Source: Malacoraja senta
Lineage: Eukaryota
DNA: 64,000 nt
Assembly: GCA_038087875.1 (NCBI GenBank)
Contig: JAXLNO010000104.1
Coordinates: forward strand, 1-64,000
Direction of reading: 5' to 3'
The notes under the pieces are model-generated. The model made no database searches and had not been told where the DNA came from. It was given only the letters and a program-made list of their open reading frames with translations. Every line of letters starts with the position of its first letter. Position 1 is the stretch's first letter. The position numbers and the translations under genes are program-made. Of this stretch, positions 1-11,165 are shown in pieces.

Positions 1-372
1 TCTCTCTGTCTCTCTCCCAATCTCTCTCTTTCCCTCCTCTCTCTCCCTCTCCCCCTCTCTCTCTCCCCCTCTCTCTTTCTCGCAAGCCCTGTGGAGATCG
101 GCGGATCGGTGGCCCGATTTGTGAGCGTGGGTCTTTGTTAATGTGCCTGAGGAGTGATCACAGTGTGTGTGTATGTGTGTGTGAGGGAGAGTGAGAGAGT
201 GAGAGAGAGAGCCTGTATGTCTGAGCCTGTGTGTGTGTGTCTGTGTCTGACTGTGTGTGTTGTGTGTGTGTGTCGGTGTGTGTGTCAGTGTGTGTGTGTG
301 TGTCAGTGTGTATGTGTGTGTGTGTGTGTCAGTGTGTGTGTGTGTCAGTGTGTGTGTGTGTGTGTGTCAGTG
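1..372. repeat. (TC)n and (TG)n microsatellite tracts
   Basis: Pyrimidine tract at 1-80; GA/TG dinucleotide runs at about 160-372. Confidence 0.95.
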
Positions 373-439
373 TGATATTTCTTTATTTTGACCCAACAAT
401 GTGCCCAATATATAATGTGACCTCATGCTGAAATGTTTG

Positions 440-826
440 GAGGTCTCTGCCCTAAAGAATGAGGACATCTCGGATGTCCTGGTATGGAAGCCCCTCATCT
501 TGGGCGCAGATGCGGCGTAGACGGAGGAATTAGGAGTCGGGGATGGAGTCTTTGCAGGAAGCAGGGTGGCAAGAAGTGTAGTGGAGATAGTTGTGGGAGT
601 CAGTGGGTTTGTAGATGTCAGCCTGTGATGGAGACTGTGAGATCTAGAAAGGGGAGGGAGGTGTTGAAGATGGTCCAAGTGAATTAGAGTGCAGGATGGA
701 AATTGGTGGTGAAGCTAATGAAGTCCATGAGTTGTGGATGGGTGCAGGAGACGTCAATGTAACGGAGATAGAGGTCAGGGATAGGGCCAGTGTACGCCTG
801 CAACAGGGATTGGTCAATGGCATCAA
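440..826 (-). mobile_element. Penelope-like retroelement RT fragment in the last intron of the upstream PRDM9 copy
   Basis: Colinear with the Penelope RT segment at about 20940-21350 (cctaaagaatgaggacatct...; translation FHTRTSEMSSFFR). Confidence 0.8.
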
Positions 827-1445
827 ACTTTAATTGTTTTACTGTCAAATAATGACAGGTGTTTAAAGTGACTCGTCAGAAACTATTATCACAAACAAAG
901 CAGCAGTTGTAGTAAGGATGAGAAATTTGCAGAATAGTGAAGCAGAGAATTGTGCTGAATGATATCACTGGTGTCAGAAGCACAAAAACATCGTGGATCC
1001 ACTGATATTATTCAAAACATCCTTGGAGCAACTCACGCTGAATCACTGACCATTTACAAAGATACAGGCAGCCCCTTTGTCCTGCTGTCATCCTCATCAA
1101 ATCCCAGCTCAGGATGTTATTTGACATCTGCACTTTGCTTTTCATTTGCCCATTTTAACAAACTAGTTATCACACTGGGTTAGAAGAATTCTAAATAACT
1201 TATTGACGTGTACCTTGTTCATTGGGGGATATCAAAGACAGATTCCATCTCTCTTGAGTCTTTATCAGAATCATCTGGTGATTGATAACTCCCTCCTCCC
1301 ACAATCTTTCACCAGACACGCCTGTAAATTATTTCATTTAACATCTCCGAGCAGCTCCATTGACACGGAAGCATTTACTAATCTGTCTTCCAAATCAGAG
1401 CATGGATTCTTTGCTGAAAGTGATCATTTCTGTTTCCTTCTCCAG

Positions 1446-2344
1446 TGGTAGATGGAGTGATCCAAGGAGACTGCCATCCCTGCCCTCACTGCACTGTTTC
1501 ATTTAGCACAGTGGAGTTCCTCACAAGGCACTTAAGAAGGCATCCTGAAGCCCCCAGACCAACATCAGCTGGACAACCTTCTTCCTCCAGAGTGAACACT
1601 GATTCACAACGTCAACGTGGGCAGAGGCCGTTCACCCCATCTGACGGAATTGGGAAATCAGGTGATATTCAAGGACGAATAGTGGAGAGACGGCATGAAT
1701 GTCCTGACTGTGGGAAGTGTTTCACGCAGACGGGGACCCTCCACGTACACCAGCGGACCCACACCGGAGAGAGGCCGTACAAATGTCCTGAATGTGGGAA
1801 GGGCTTTGCAGACTCAGGGCACCTCCACAGACACCAGCAGACCCACACTGGAGAGAGGACGTACAAATGTCCTGACTGTGGGAAGGGCTTTGCAGACTCA
1901 GGGCACCTCCACAGACACCAGCGGACCCACACCGGAGAGAGGCCGTACAAATGTCCTGACTGTGGGAAGAGCTTTGCAGACTCAGGGTCCCTCCACGTAC
2001 ACCAGCGGACCCACACCGGAGAGAGGCCATACAAATGTCCTGACTGTGGGAAGAGCTTTGCCGTGGCAGGGTCCCTCCACGTACACCAGCGGACCCACAC
2101 CGGAGAGAGGCCGTACAAATGTTCTGACTGTGGAAAGGGCTTTGTACACTCAGGGAACCTCCACAGACACCAGCGGACCCACACCGGAGAGAGGCCGTAC
2201 AAATGTCCTGAATGTGGGAAGAGCTTTTCTTATCTCCGTCAGCAGAAAGCTCACACCTGCCTTGAAAAGTGCCCCGTGTGCGGGAATGTGTTTAAAGATT
2301 CAGCAGCTTTCACCGTTCACCTGAGAGCCTGTGTTGGAAAGTAA
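1446..2344 (+). CDS. PRDM9: PRDM9 terminal exon: post-SET zinc finger, spacer, 6 canonical C2H2 fingers and 2 atypical C2HC fingers (5' exons lie upstream of the window)
   Basis: Acceptor tttctgtttccttctccag ends at 1445. [23 protein letters not shown] resembles the PRDM9 post-SET finger (human HPCPSCCLAFSSQKFLSQH). Near-identical 84-bp finger repeats follow, with an open frame to TAA at 2342-2344. The phase-1 start matches the phase-1 end of the paralogous SET exon at 34724. Confidence 0.88.
1694..2230 (+). repeat. 84-bp coding minisatellite (zinc-finger array)
   Basis: First Cys codons at 1700, 1784, 1868, 1952, 2036, 2120 and 2204. Fingers 2 and 3 differ at only 4 of 84 nt. Confidence 0.97.
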
Positions 2345-3319
2345 CACAGAGAAAGGTCACCAATTTACAGTTATAATTTCCTTTATATTATTTCATTTTA
2401 TATTATTTCAATTCTTACCTTTTGAATGACTTTGTGTAATGATTTATTTTGTCAACAGTATTAATATTGTCCCTTGCTGTATTTCCCCCTTTATGATTAT
2501 ACTTTGTGTGGACAATTCTGGGCTATCAAACTGCGGGTCCCTGCAGCTTTCACTTTATTCCTGTGAGATTTCTTGAACGGGTGATCAGTAAAATGCTGAC
2601 ACTGGAGTTTGCAACGTTTAAAGTGTTGTTCCAAGTATAAGCAGCAGGTGAGTTTGTAAATTGAAATGTTGGATGTGTTGGTTGATGTAATTTATTTATC
2701 GGAGGTTTGAGACAAAATGTGTTTTAATTTGTATCATTCTGCATTGTATTTAAAATATTTCTGTGCGAGGTGATTGACCAGCACCCGCGATGTCCCGGCA
2801 ACATCTGTTCATGTTATTCTAATGTTATTAAAGTAATTGTGTTGTGAATCAATGTGATTGAAGAGTATTTTTAATGGCGGTTGCGTCAAGTCCTGGGAGC
2901 TCCGTGCATCATGTTACCTGTTGTTGCTGATGGGAAGTACAGCGGCTCAGTGGACACACGGCGCTGGTCACTGTGTAACCCCCTCCTGCCTGCCTGCCTC
3001 ATCACCAAACCCTGCCAGCGCTCGGCACTTTACCCCTGCTGGCCTCTGGCTGCAGCTCCTGCACACATGCACCGTCCAGTATTCATGCTCTTTGTTCAGC
3101 CGGGCCGGCTTCACACTCTGCAGCGCTGCATCAATACACACACACGCGGCTCATGCAAGCTCTTTCCCCAGTCTGTCTGTGTCCGATGTGTTTGTAACCT
3201 GGTCCCTGCTCCTCCGGCCACCGTGAGGTTCCTGCGGTGGGCGACGTGTGTGTGTGGGGGGGGGGGGGACCCCGGTGAGTGAGGGCGGGAGGGAGGGGGA
3301 GGACAGTGTCAGGAAATGG

Positions 3320-3450
3320 AGGGAAGACACAAGGAACTGCAGATGCTGGATTACAAATAAAAAACACAGAGTACTGGAGTGACTGCGGGTCGGGCAGCAT
3401 CTGTGGAGGACATGGATAGGTGACGTTTCGGGTCGGGATCCCGCTTCCCA
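3320..3450 (-). mobile_element. Short Penelope-derived terminal-repeat fragment
   Basis: gaactgcagatgctgg...cgggtcgggcagcatctgtggag...ggtgacgtttcgggtc matches the Penelope terminus at 16590-16690. Confidence 0.65.
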
Positions 3451-4532
3451 TTCAAATGGAGGGGATTGGATTCAGCTGCCGTCGCTGACGAAGTAATCCG
3501 TGAATTTGGTCAGATTGGAAAATATCAAGGATGACATTGGATGTTTATAAACGGTTCATTTGTATTTTGTGTTGAGTTTCACGGCCCCAACCCAGGGAAC
3601 TAACGTGAGTTTGATGCTGTGTTTCCGACCCTTCGCTCTCTGCCCAATGCCTTATGCTTTGAATTGCCCGTTGGGTTAAAGTTAATGATCAGTTCATTGA
3701 TTACATGTGATGTTGAAAAGAAAGTGTCCGTGCAATAAATACCGACTCTGCAGATTGAACGTGAAGCCGAAGGCAGTTTGTTCACAGTCTGTGCGTGCAG
3801 AGCTGGGCAGCATCTGTTTCATTTCGCTGTCCATTGAACAACCCAACCACAGCTGCCCCGTCTGTGGGCTGTGTACATCTGGAAAAGCCCAGAAGGTCAG
3901 GCAGTAACTGTGGAGAGAGTAAAGCTGCCTGCAAACCGCCCCACCCCACTGAAATGTACAGGGCTTGGCGATCGCACATACTTTCTGTACTGAGGTCGGG
4001 GAAGTTTCACTTCTGTCACAATCTCCAGGACCCTGCAATCTACTGTGCAAGTCTTGCCCTAGTTTCACCTCCCAACCTCCACGCTTCCTATTTGTCACAT
4101 TTAGATCCCATCTGACATTTCCTCACCCAGTTTCTCAATTAAGATAAGATAAGATAAGATATACCCTTAATAATCCTTTACAGGAAATTACAATGCCACG
4201 ACAGTTTCAAGACATACATAACACCACAAATAGCTTCCATACTTAACAAGTTAAAATACAAGTTAAAATACAAGTTAAAATACAATTAATTTAAAAAAGT
4301 GCAGTTATTTATGCGCATTGTATAATCTTATCGCAGCTGGTAAACAGGACTTCCTATGTCTCTCCGTTTTGCACATTGGTGCAATCAGTCTCTGACTGAA
4401 GCTGCTGCTCTTGATCACCTTCAGGGCAGGAGTTTAATCTTAGATATAAAACCCTCTTCAATGCGCACTTTACCACCAATTCTGGTGTCATTCGCAAACT
4501 TACTAACAGGTGGGTGTGGGAATAGGAAGTGG

Positions 4533-4927
4533 TTTAGTTTAGAGATACAGCATGGAAACAGGCCCTTCGGCCCACCGAGTCTGTACCGACCAGCAATCCC
4601 CGCACATTAACACTCCTACACACACTAGTTTAGTTTAGAGATACAGCATGGAAACAGGCCCTTCGGCCCACCGAGCCTGTACCGACCAGCGAACCCCGCA
4701 CATTAACACTATCCTACACCCACAAGGGACAATTGTAAATTGACACCAAACCAATTAACCTACAAACTTGTACATCTTTGGAGTGTGGGAGGAAACCGAA
4801 GATCTGGGAGAAGATCCACGTTGGTCATGGAGAGAACGAACAAGCTCCGTACAGACAAGCAGCCGTAGTCAGGATTGAACCCGGGTCTCTGGCGCTGTGA
4901 GGCAGTAACTCTACCGCTGCGCCACCG
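4533..4927 (-). mobile_element. tRNA-derived SINE (HE1-like) with duplicated 3' end
   Basis: The reverse strand begins ggtggcgcagcggtagagtt (A box) and has gggttcaatcc (B box). The tail is ctctaaactaaac, and the 3' ~95 bp is repeated in tandem. Confidence 0.85.
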
Positions 4928-5117
4928 TTCAATGACATGAAGCTGATGATGACCATGGCAGACAGAGTGTAGGTGCTCTGTAAAACGGTCGCCTAGTCCA
5001 GCCTATAATCTTTATCTGAACATTAACAACCTTACAACTCTGGCCCATTACAGCAACAACGTTAAAACACTAAGGCACACCAGGAACACGTTAAAACAGG
5101 CTGAAACGTCACAACAT

Positions 5118-5450
5118 TCTGAGTCCCATCGCAAATTGGACGAGCAACACCTCATATTTCGCTTGGGCAGTTTACACCCCAGCGGTATTAATATTGACTT
5201 CTCCAATTTCAGGTAGTCCCTGCTTCCTCCCTCCTTCCCCTGCCATTCCCAGCTCTCCCACAGCTAACTGTGTCCACCCCTCCCTTTCTTCTTGCCGTAC
5301 CCCCACCCCCACCCCCACATCAGTCTGAAGAAGGGTTTCAGCCCGATACATCACCTATTCCTTCGCTCCATAGATGCTGCCTCACCTGCTGAGTTTCTCC
5401 AGCATTTTTGTCTACCTTCGAATTTTCCAGCATTGCAGTTCTTTCTTAAA
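5118..5450 (+). mobile_element. Penelope-like 3' fragment (GIY-YIG C-terminus plus terminal repeat)
   Basis: Encodes SESHRKLDEQHLIFRLG, then ctgaagaagggtttcagcccgatacatc; same sequence as 16590-16895 in reverse. Confidence 0.8.
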
Positions 5451-5452
5451 CA

Positions 5453-5810
5453 AGCTTTACAGACTCAGGGAACGTCCAGAAACACCAGTGGACCCACACC
5501 GGAGAGAGGTCGTACAAATGTCCTCACTGTGGGAAGAGCTTTTCTTATCTCCGTCAGCAGAAAGCTCACACCTGCCTTGAAAAGTGCCCCGTGTGCGGGA
5601 ATGTGTTTAAAGACTTAGCAGCTTTCAATGTTCACCCGAGAGCCTGTGTTGGACAGTAACACAGAGAAAGGTCACCAATTTACAGTGTTATAATTTCCTT
5701 TATATTATTTCATTTTATATTATTTCAATTCTTACCTTTTGAATGACTGTGTAACTATTTATTTTGTCAACAGTATTAATATTGGCCGTTGCTGTATTTC
5801 CCCCTTTATG
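5453..5810 (+). pseudogene. PRDM9: Truncated duplicate of the PRDM9 array end and 3' UTR
   Basis: Colinear with about 2137-2495; translates [68 protein letters not shown]. Confidence 0.9.
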
Positions 5811-7071
5811 AAATTATCAAATGAAGTCATTTCAAACAATCTCGTTAACCGTGCCCATCAAAGGAAAAGAAAAGCCAGTGGGTGAGGAACTCAGAAATAT
5901 TGAGCTATTGATGGTAACGAGAATTTGTGTTCAAATACGACACAATCTATAAAATAAAGCAGAAGTTTAAATGTTCTTAACTTTGTTTCCATACCTACTG
6001 TGTGTGGAGAAACAAAACTAAATGGCCTCACACTTTCCCCCTCAGATCACAAGGCAACATTTTTCAGACATAATATGAATATTGAAGGCGACGGGCCTTT
6101 AACCCAATGGGCAATCGAAGGCTTCAATAATATAACCATTTTAAAAGTCGACTTTGTCACCCTGAAATCAAGTCAATGTTAGTAACACAACAGGATTGGC
6201 TAACTTAATTAAAACAACTTTGAATTGTCACAGAATTTAAAAAAAAAAGACCAAATAAACCAACTGTCCAGTCATACTTCAGATAATATATATTTTAATT
6301 GTTAGCAAAGGCAAAAATGATTTTCTGTGAAAAAAACTATTATGGAATGTACTGTATTTGCTAAAATTGATCATAGTAATTTTCAGCAAAATAAAATCAG
6401 CATTCATCCAGTTACAGTAATTTCCCCTCTTGAAGGAGGGGAGAGATGATCTGATGAAATCAATAGTCCCAAGTGGATCTAACATCAATGCAAGACTGCA
6501 CAACTTTGTGATACATTCGGCCCAACTTGCCCACACCGGCCAACATGTCCCAGCTACATTAGTCCCACCTGCCCGTGTTTGGCCCATATCCATCCAAACC
6601 TGCCCTGTCCATGGACAACAAACTAAGTTCTCTTAATTTTTAAGAGATTAAAAATGTATGGGCTTTTGACTGTCCTCGATCACAGCTTTTGTGTGAAGTC
6701 AATGGAAAAGCAATAGTGAACAAGATGCTAATTTCCAAGTATGAAAATGGCCATAACTTTTTTAATACTGAAGATATGAAAGTGAATTAGGTGTCAAATT
6801 AAACATATTTTATGCTTTATCTGATGGGTTAAATTGCAAGACTTGATTTTATAAATCTCAAAATGTTGTAACGTTGCTAGAAAATGTACCTACATCTTGG
6901 AAGCCAAAGGTTAGGTTGTTAGCCAAGAAAGATAGACTTCGTTATCCCTCAGTACAGCAACACCAAGAATGATGTTGCTGTACTGAGGGATAGCCAAGTC
7001 TATCCCTCATTGCTAGCAACAGATGGGAAGTGGCTGTGAAGTGGGAAGTGGCTGTAACACGACAGCGTTGC

Positions 7072-7652
7072 TGGGGGGGGGGTGTTCCTATCACAGCGCG
7101 TGGGTAGTCTGGTCAGGGGTAAAGTTGCGGGGAGGGCAGGAGCGTTGAGAAGGAGGGGGTCGGGGATCATGCCAGCATTCAGCTGAAGACCGGGTAACCG
7201 GGCGATGGATAACAGGACAGCGGGCGGTGGAGCTTACTCCATATGTCAGGGCGAGTAACCTCAAATGATCCCTTGTTCGCGTTGAGTAAGCTCCACCGCC
7301 CGCTGTGATGTTATCCATCACCCGCTGACCCACTCCGCTCTATGATCTTTGCTCTTGAGCTGGTCCCGTCACTGTTCAGACGGAGAGCACTGCCAGAGGT
7401 GAGCGGGCCGGCAGAAGGTGCTGAGATGGCAGTCGTTTCCGCTGTCCGATGATGGCGGCCGCTCGTAGTCATGCGAGCTACTTCCCTCCCCGGCCACAAT
7501 GCGGTGGCTCCACGCCCGGAACGCCGCGGTAGCGGTGAGTGAGTGGGTTACTGGCATGAACCCCGACCCCCCTCCTTCTCAATGCTCCTGCCCTCCCCAC
7601 AACTTTACCCCTGGCTAGACTCCCCACATGCTGTGAAAGGAACTCTCCCCCA
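7072..7652. mobile_element. MITE/foldback-like element with ~100-bp inverted ends
   Basis: 7072-7175 is the near-perfect reverse complement of 7550-7652. Confidence 0.7.
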
Positions 7653-7986
7653 ATTGGTCCCTTGAACTAGTATAGTCATTCAATAAGATGACAACTGATC
7701 CCACCATCTTTCCACCTGCCGTCACCCTCCACCCCCAACCATTCAGTAATTCAGAAAGAAGTAGATTTGGAAGCCATGGGCAATTGAATTGTTTATTTAT
7801 TTATGTTTATATTTTATTTTTACGGAGCGAACAATCTGCGCATGCACGGTTTAAGATGTTTTAAAAACTGACTGACTGTCATATTACTCACCACACGTGC
7901 CTGAATATGACACATTTATAATTATATATTTATATTTCTATGAAAATTGTTCCCAATTGGGCCGCGCACCTCCTCAGGCCGGCCCT

Positions 7987-8413
7987 GTACATGCCTGTGA
8001 TGAGCTGTGAGTCTACCTGCCTGTGATGAGCTGTGAGTCTACCTGCCTGTGATGAGCTGTGACTCTACCATACCTGTGATGAGCTGTGAGTCTACATACC
8101 TGTGATGAGCTGTGAGTCTACCACATACCTGTGATGAGCTGTGACTCTACCTGCCTGTAATGAGCTGTGAGTCTACCTGCCTGTGATGAGCTGTGACTCT
8201 ACCTGCCTGTGATGAGCTGTGAGTCTACCTGCCTGTGATGAGCTGTGACTCTACTACATACATGTGATGAGCTGTGAGTCTACCACATACCTGTGATGAG
8301 CTGTGAGTCTACCACATACCTGTGATGAGCTGTGACTCTACCACTTACCTGTGATGAGCTGTGACTCTACCACATACCTGTGATGAGTCGCCAGTCTACC
8401 TGCCTGTGATGAG
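7987..8413. repeat. Minisatellite, about 16 copies of a 26-29 bp unit
   Basis: Unit cctgcctgtgatgagctgtgagtcta with small variants. Confidence 0.95.
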
Positions 8414-8419
8414 CAACCA

Positions 8420-9110
8420 GCAGCAATAATGACAGAGACGAGGCTGGCAACTGAATATCAAACACTATAACCCATTCCTTCGCCTCCTGTATAAAGTTAC
8501 AAAACTTCTGGAGGGGAATATTTGATATCTTCTCTAAAATACTTACAATTAAATTGGAACCAGATATAAAACTGATCACTTTAGGTATGTCAGATGCCTG
8601 CTCTAAATTAACGATATTCCAAAGACGTTTCCTCAACTACGGCCTAATAACGGCAAAAAAAGTAATACTCAAATTCTGGAAACAGATAACAGTCTCTACA
8701 GTGAAGATGTGGATTACTGATATGTCCGATACACTACATTGGAAAATATTAGGCTTGTCTTGGCAGGAAAAGCAGATCAATTTCTTAAGACATGGTTCCC
8801 TTTTACTGAATTTCTGCAACAACAGAATGGTTAAACACAAATGTAAACCCGATGCCAGGGATGGGTGAGGGGGGGAAAGGTATATCTCCATCTTCTCTTT
8901 TCTTATTTCTTGTCTTTCCTCTTGCACTTCTTTGGTAGCTTAGGGGTCTTTTTCTAGCTTGTTCTTATTTCTCTTCATTCTTTTTTCTCTCTTTTTTTAA
9001 TTTTTTTAAAATTTATGTTCTAACGTTAAAAATGAAGCTGCACAATAATTGTATAACAGTTATGTCGATCGCTTTATCTTGTACAATCGCTTCTAATAAA
9101 ATAATTTAAA
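8420..9110 (+). mobile_element. Old L1 3' fragment (ORF2 C-terminus plus 3' UTR)
   Basis: NYGLITAKKVILKFWK parallels NYGLIMGKKLILKFWK in the intact L1 ORF2 at 52441-56241; ends with aataaa and an A-rich tail. Confidence 0.85.
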
Positions 9111-9129
9111 CAAAAGAATATCAAACAGG

Positions 9130-9760
9130 GTGACGTGTGAGGAGGCGGCTCCGATTGGCGGATAGCGCTGTCTGTCTGAGGGGCGGGGCTACGGCTCGAC
9201 CAATAGGATGCGGTGGCCGGCGGCGGCGGCTCTGATTGGTGGGAGGTTGTGAGGACCTGCTCCCATTGGCCGCTGGCGCTGCCCGTCAGTGGAGGGCGGG
9301 TCCTGCTCCCATTGGCCGCTGGCGCTGCCCGTCAGTGGAGGGGGCGGGTCCTGCTCCCATTGGCCGCTGGCGCTGCCCGTCAGTGGAGGGGGCGGGTCCT
9401 GCTCCCATTGGCCGCTGGCGCTGCCCGTCAGTGGAGGGGGCGGGTCCTGCTCCCATTGGCCGCTGGCGCAGCCCGTCAGTGGAGGGGGCGGGACCTGCTC
9501 CCATTGGCCGCTGGCGCTGCCCGTCAGTGGAGGGGGCGGGACCTGTCGGCCGGTGACGTGAGGCGGGAACGACGGGAGGGAGGGAGCGAGGCCCCGCTCA
9601 GCGCCGGGAGCTCAGGTGGAAACAGCCGCCGCCGCTCGGCCCCGCGTCCTGTCCCCTCCTCCCTCCTCCCTCCTCCAGGGCCATCCTGCGGCTGCCTGCC
9701 GGAGCCGTGCGGGCGGGCGGTCGGTGGGGAGCGGGGGGGATGTGAGTGAGTGGGTGAGTA
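9130..9760 (+). promoter_or_regulatory. CpG-island promoter and probable non-coding first exon
   Basis: TGACGTG at 9131 and 9554; ATTGG/CCAAT at 9154, 9200 and 9235; GC box near 9180; GGCGGGAA at 9562; splice donors gtgagt at 9742 and 9754. Confidence 0.75.
9256..9541. repeat. 48-bp tandem repeat x6 carrying CCAAT and GC boxes
   Basis: cctgctcccattggccgctggcgctgcccgtcagtggagggggcgggt starting at 9256, 9302, 9350, 9398, 9446 and 9494. Confidence 0.97.
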
Positions 9761-9844
9761 GGGAAGGGAAAAGGACAAAGATACTTTGGTCCAAATATCC
9801 TATTGTGATCCCACAGCTCGCGACAGCATCTTTACTTTGGTCTG

Positions 9845-10130
9845 CGCGCCCTCTGGTCCTGCGGCTGCAGCGCCCCCTGTCGGTTGAAGACCGCGGTGCA
9901 GCGCTCTCTGGTCCTCCGGCTGCAGCGCCCCCTGTCGGTTGAAGGCCGCGGTGCAGCGCCCCTTGTCGGTTGAAGGCCGCGGTGCGCGCCCTCTGGTCCT
10001 CCGGCGGCAGCGCCCCCTGTCGGTTGAAAGCCGCGGTGCAGCGCCCTCTAGTCCTCCGGCTGCACCGCACCCCTGTCGGTAGAAGGCCGCAGTGCAGCGC
10101 ATATGGTCCTCCGGCTGCAGCGCCCCCTGG
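9845..10130. repeat. GC-rich ~55-bp tandem repeat, about 5 copies
   Basis: ctctggtcctccggctgcagcgccccctgtcggttgaaggccgcggtgca repeated. Confidence 0.9.
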
Positions 10131-10263
10131 CGCCGGGAGGACGTGACGCATCGTCTGCAGCTGAGCCTCCCGCCCGTACGTGTGTCGCTCTGCGCCGTGA
10201 CGTCCGCACGCATGGCGCCCTGACGTCATGGCCCCTGCCATTGCGCAGAGTCACTTGGGTGGC

Positions 10264-10635
10264 GGCATGCATCATGGGAAGAAGGTCACACAGTGCTGGG
10301 GTCACTCAGCGGGTCGGGCAGCGTCTGGAGAACACGTGATAGGGGACGTCACGTGGGGGACGTCATGCATCATGGGAAGAAGGTCACACAGTGCTGGGGT
10401 CACTCAGTGGGTCGGGCAACGTCTGTGGAGAACACGTGATAGGGGACGTTACGTGGGGCACGTCATGCATGATGGGAAGAAGGTCACATAGTGCTGGGGT
10501 CACTCAGCGGGTCGGGCAGCGTCTGTGGAGAACACGTGATAGGGGACGTCACGTGGGGGACGTCATGCATCATGGGAAGAAGGTCACACAGTGCTGGGGT
10601 CACTCAGCGGGTCGGGCAGCATCTGTGGAGAACAC
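10264..10635. repeat. ~100-bp tandem repeat x4, partly Penelope-terminus derived, with CACGTG motifs
   Basis: catgcatcatgggaagaaggtcacacagtgctggggtcactcagcgggtcgggcagc... at about 10267, 10364, 10464 and 10564. Confidence 0.92.
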
Positions 10636-10834
10636 GGATTCACGACCCTTCTGCAGACCTGAAAAGTCGCCTGTCCACGTTGACCAGAGATGCTGCCTGA
10701 CCTGATGTTACTCCAGCACTCTGTGTCTGTTTGTGTATGAACCAGCATCTACAGTTCCTTGTGTCTGCCAAAGATGGACACAAAGTGCTGGGGAAATATA
10801 TATGGGCAACGTTTCAGATTTCAGGACATTTGGC

Positions 10835-11165
10835 TACTTGTTCCCGATGTTGGGGGAGTCCAGAACCAGCGGTCACAGTTCAAGAATAAGTGGTCGGCCA
10901 CTTAGGACTGAGATGAAGAAAATCTTTTCATTCAGAGAGTTCTGAATCTGTGTAATTCTCTGCCACAGAAGGCAGTGGAGGCCAATTCACTGGATGTTTT
11001 CATGAGGAAGTTAGATTTAGCTCTTTGATTAACGGAATCAGGAGATATGGGGAGAAAGCAGGAACGAGGAACGATTGTGGATGATCAGCCATGATCATAT
11101 TGAATGGCGGTGCTGGCTCGAAGGGCCAAATGGCCTACTCCTGCACCTATTGTCTATGTTTCTGT
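10835..11165 (+). mobile_element. CR1 LINE 3' fragment
   Basis: LFPMLGESRTSGHS, then the conserved 3' UTR gaatggcggtgctggctcgaagggcc and a ctatgtttct tail. Confidence 0.85.

Noticed and set aside
154..431. Cys/Val-rich ORFs
   Set aside because: Translation of the (TG)n microsatellite.
1669..2324. Antisense and alternate-frame ORFs over the zinc-finger array
   Set aside because: Expected shadows of a stop-free 84-bp repeat.
2858..4115. CpG-rich patch with a donor near 3275 and an HSCPVCG motif near 3850, suggesting another zinc-finger gene
   Set aside because: No complete finger or consistent frame; cannot be supported.
7987..8413. Possible CRISPR array or C/D-box (RTGATGA) array
   Set aside because: No unique spacers, no cas genes and no paired D box; an ordinary eukaryotic minisatellite.
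9213..10705. Repetitive GC-rich ORFs
   Set aside because: Products of tandem repeats in a CpG island; no domain similarity.
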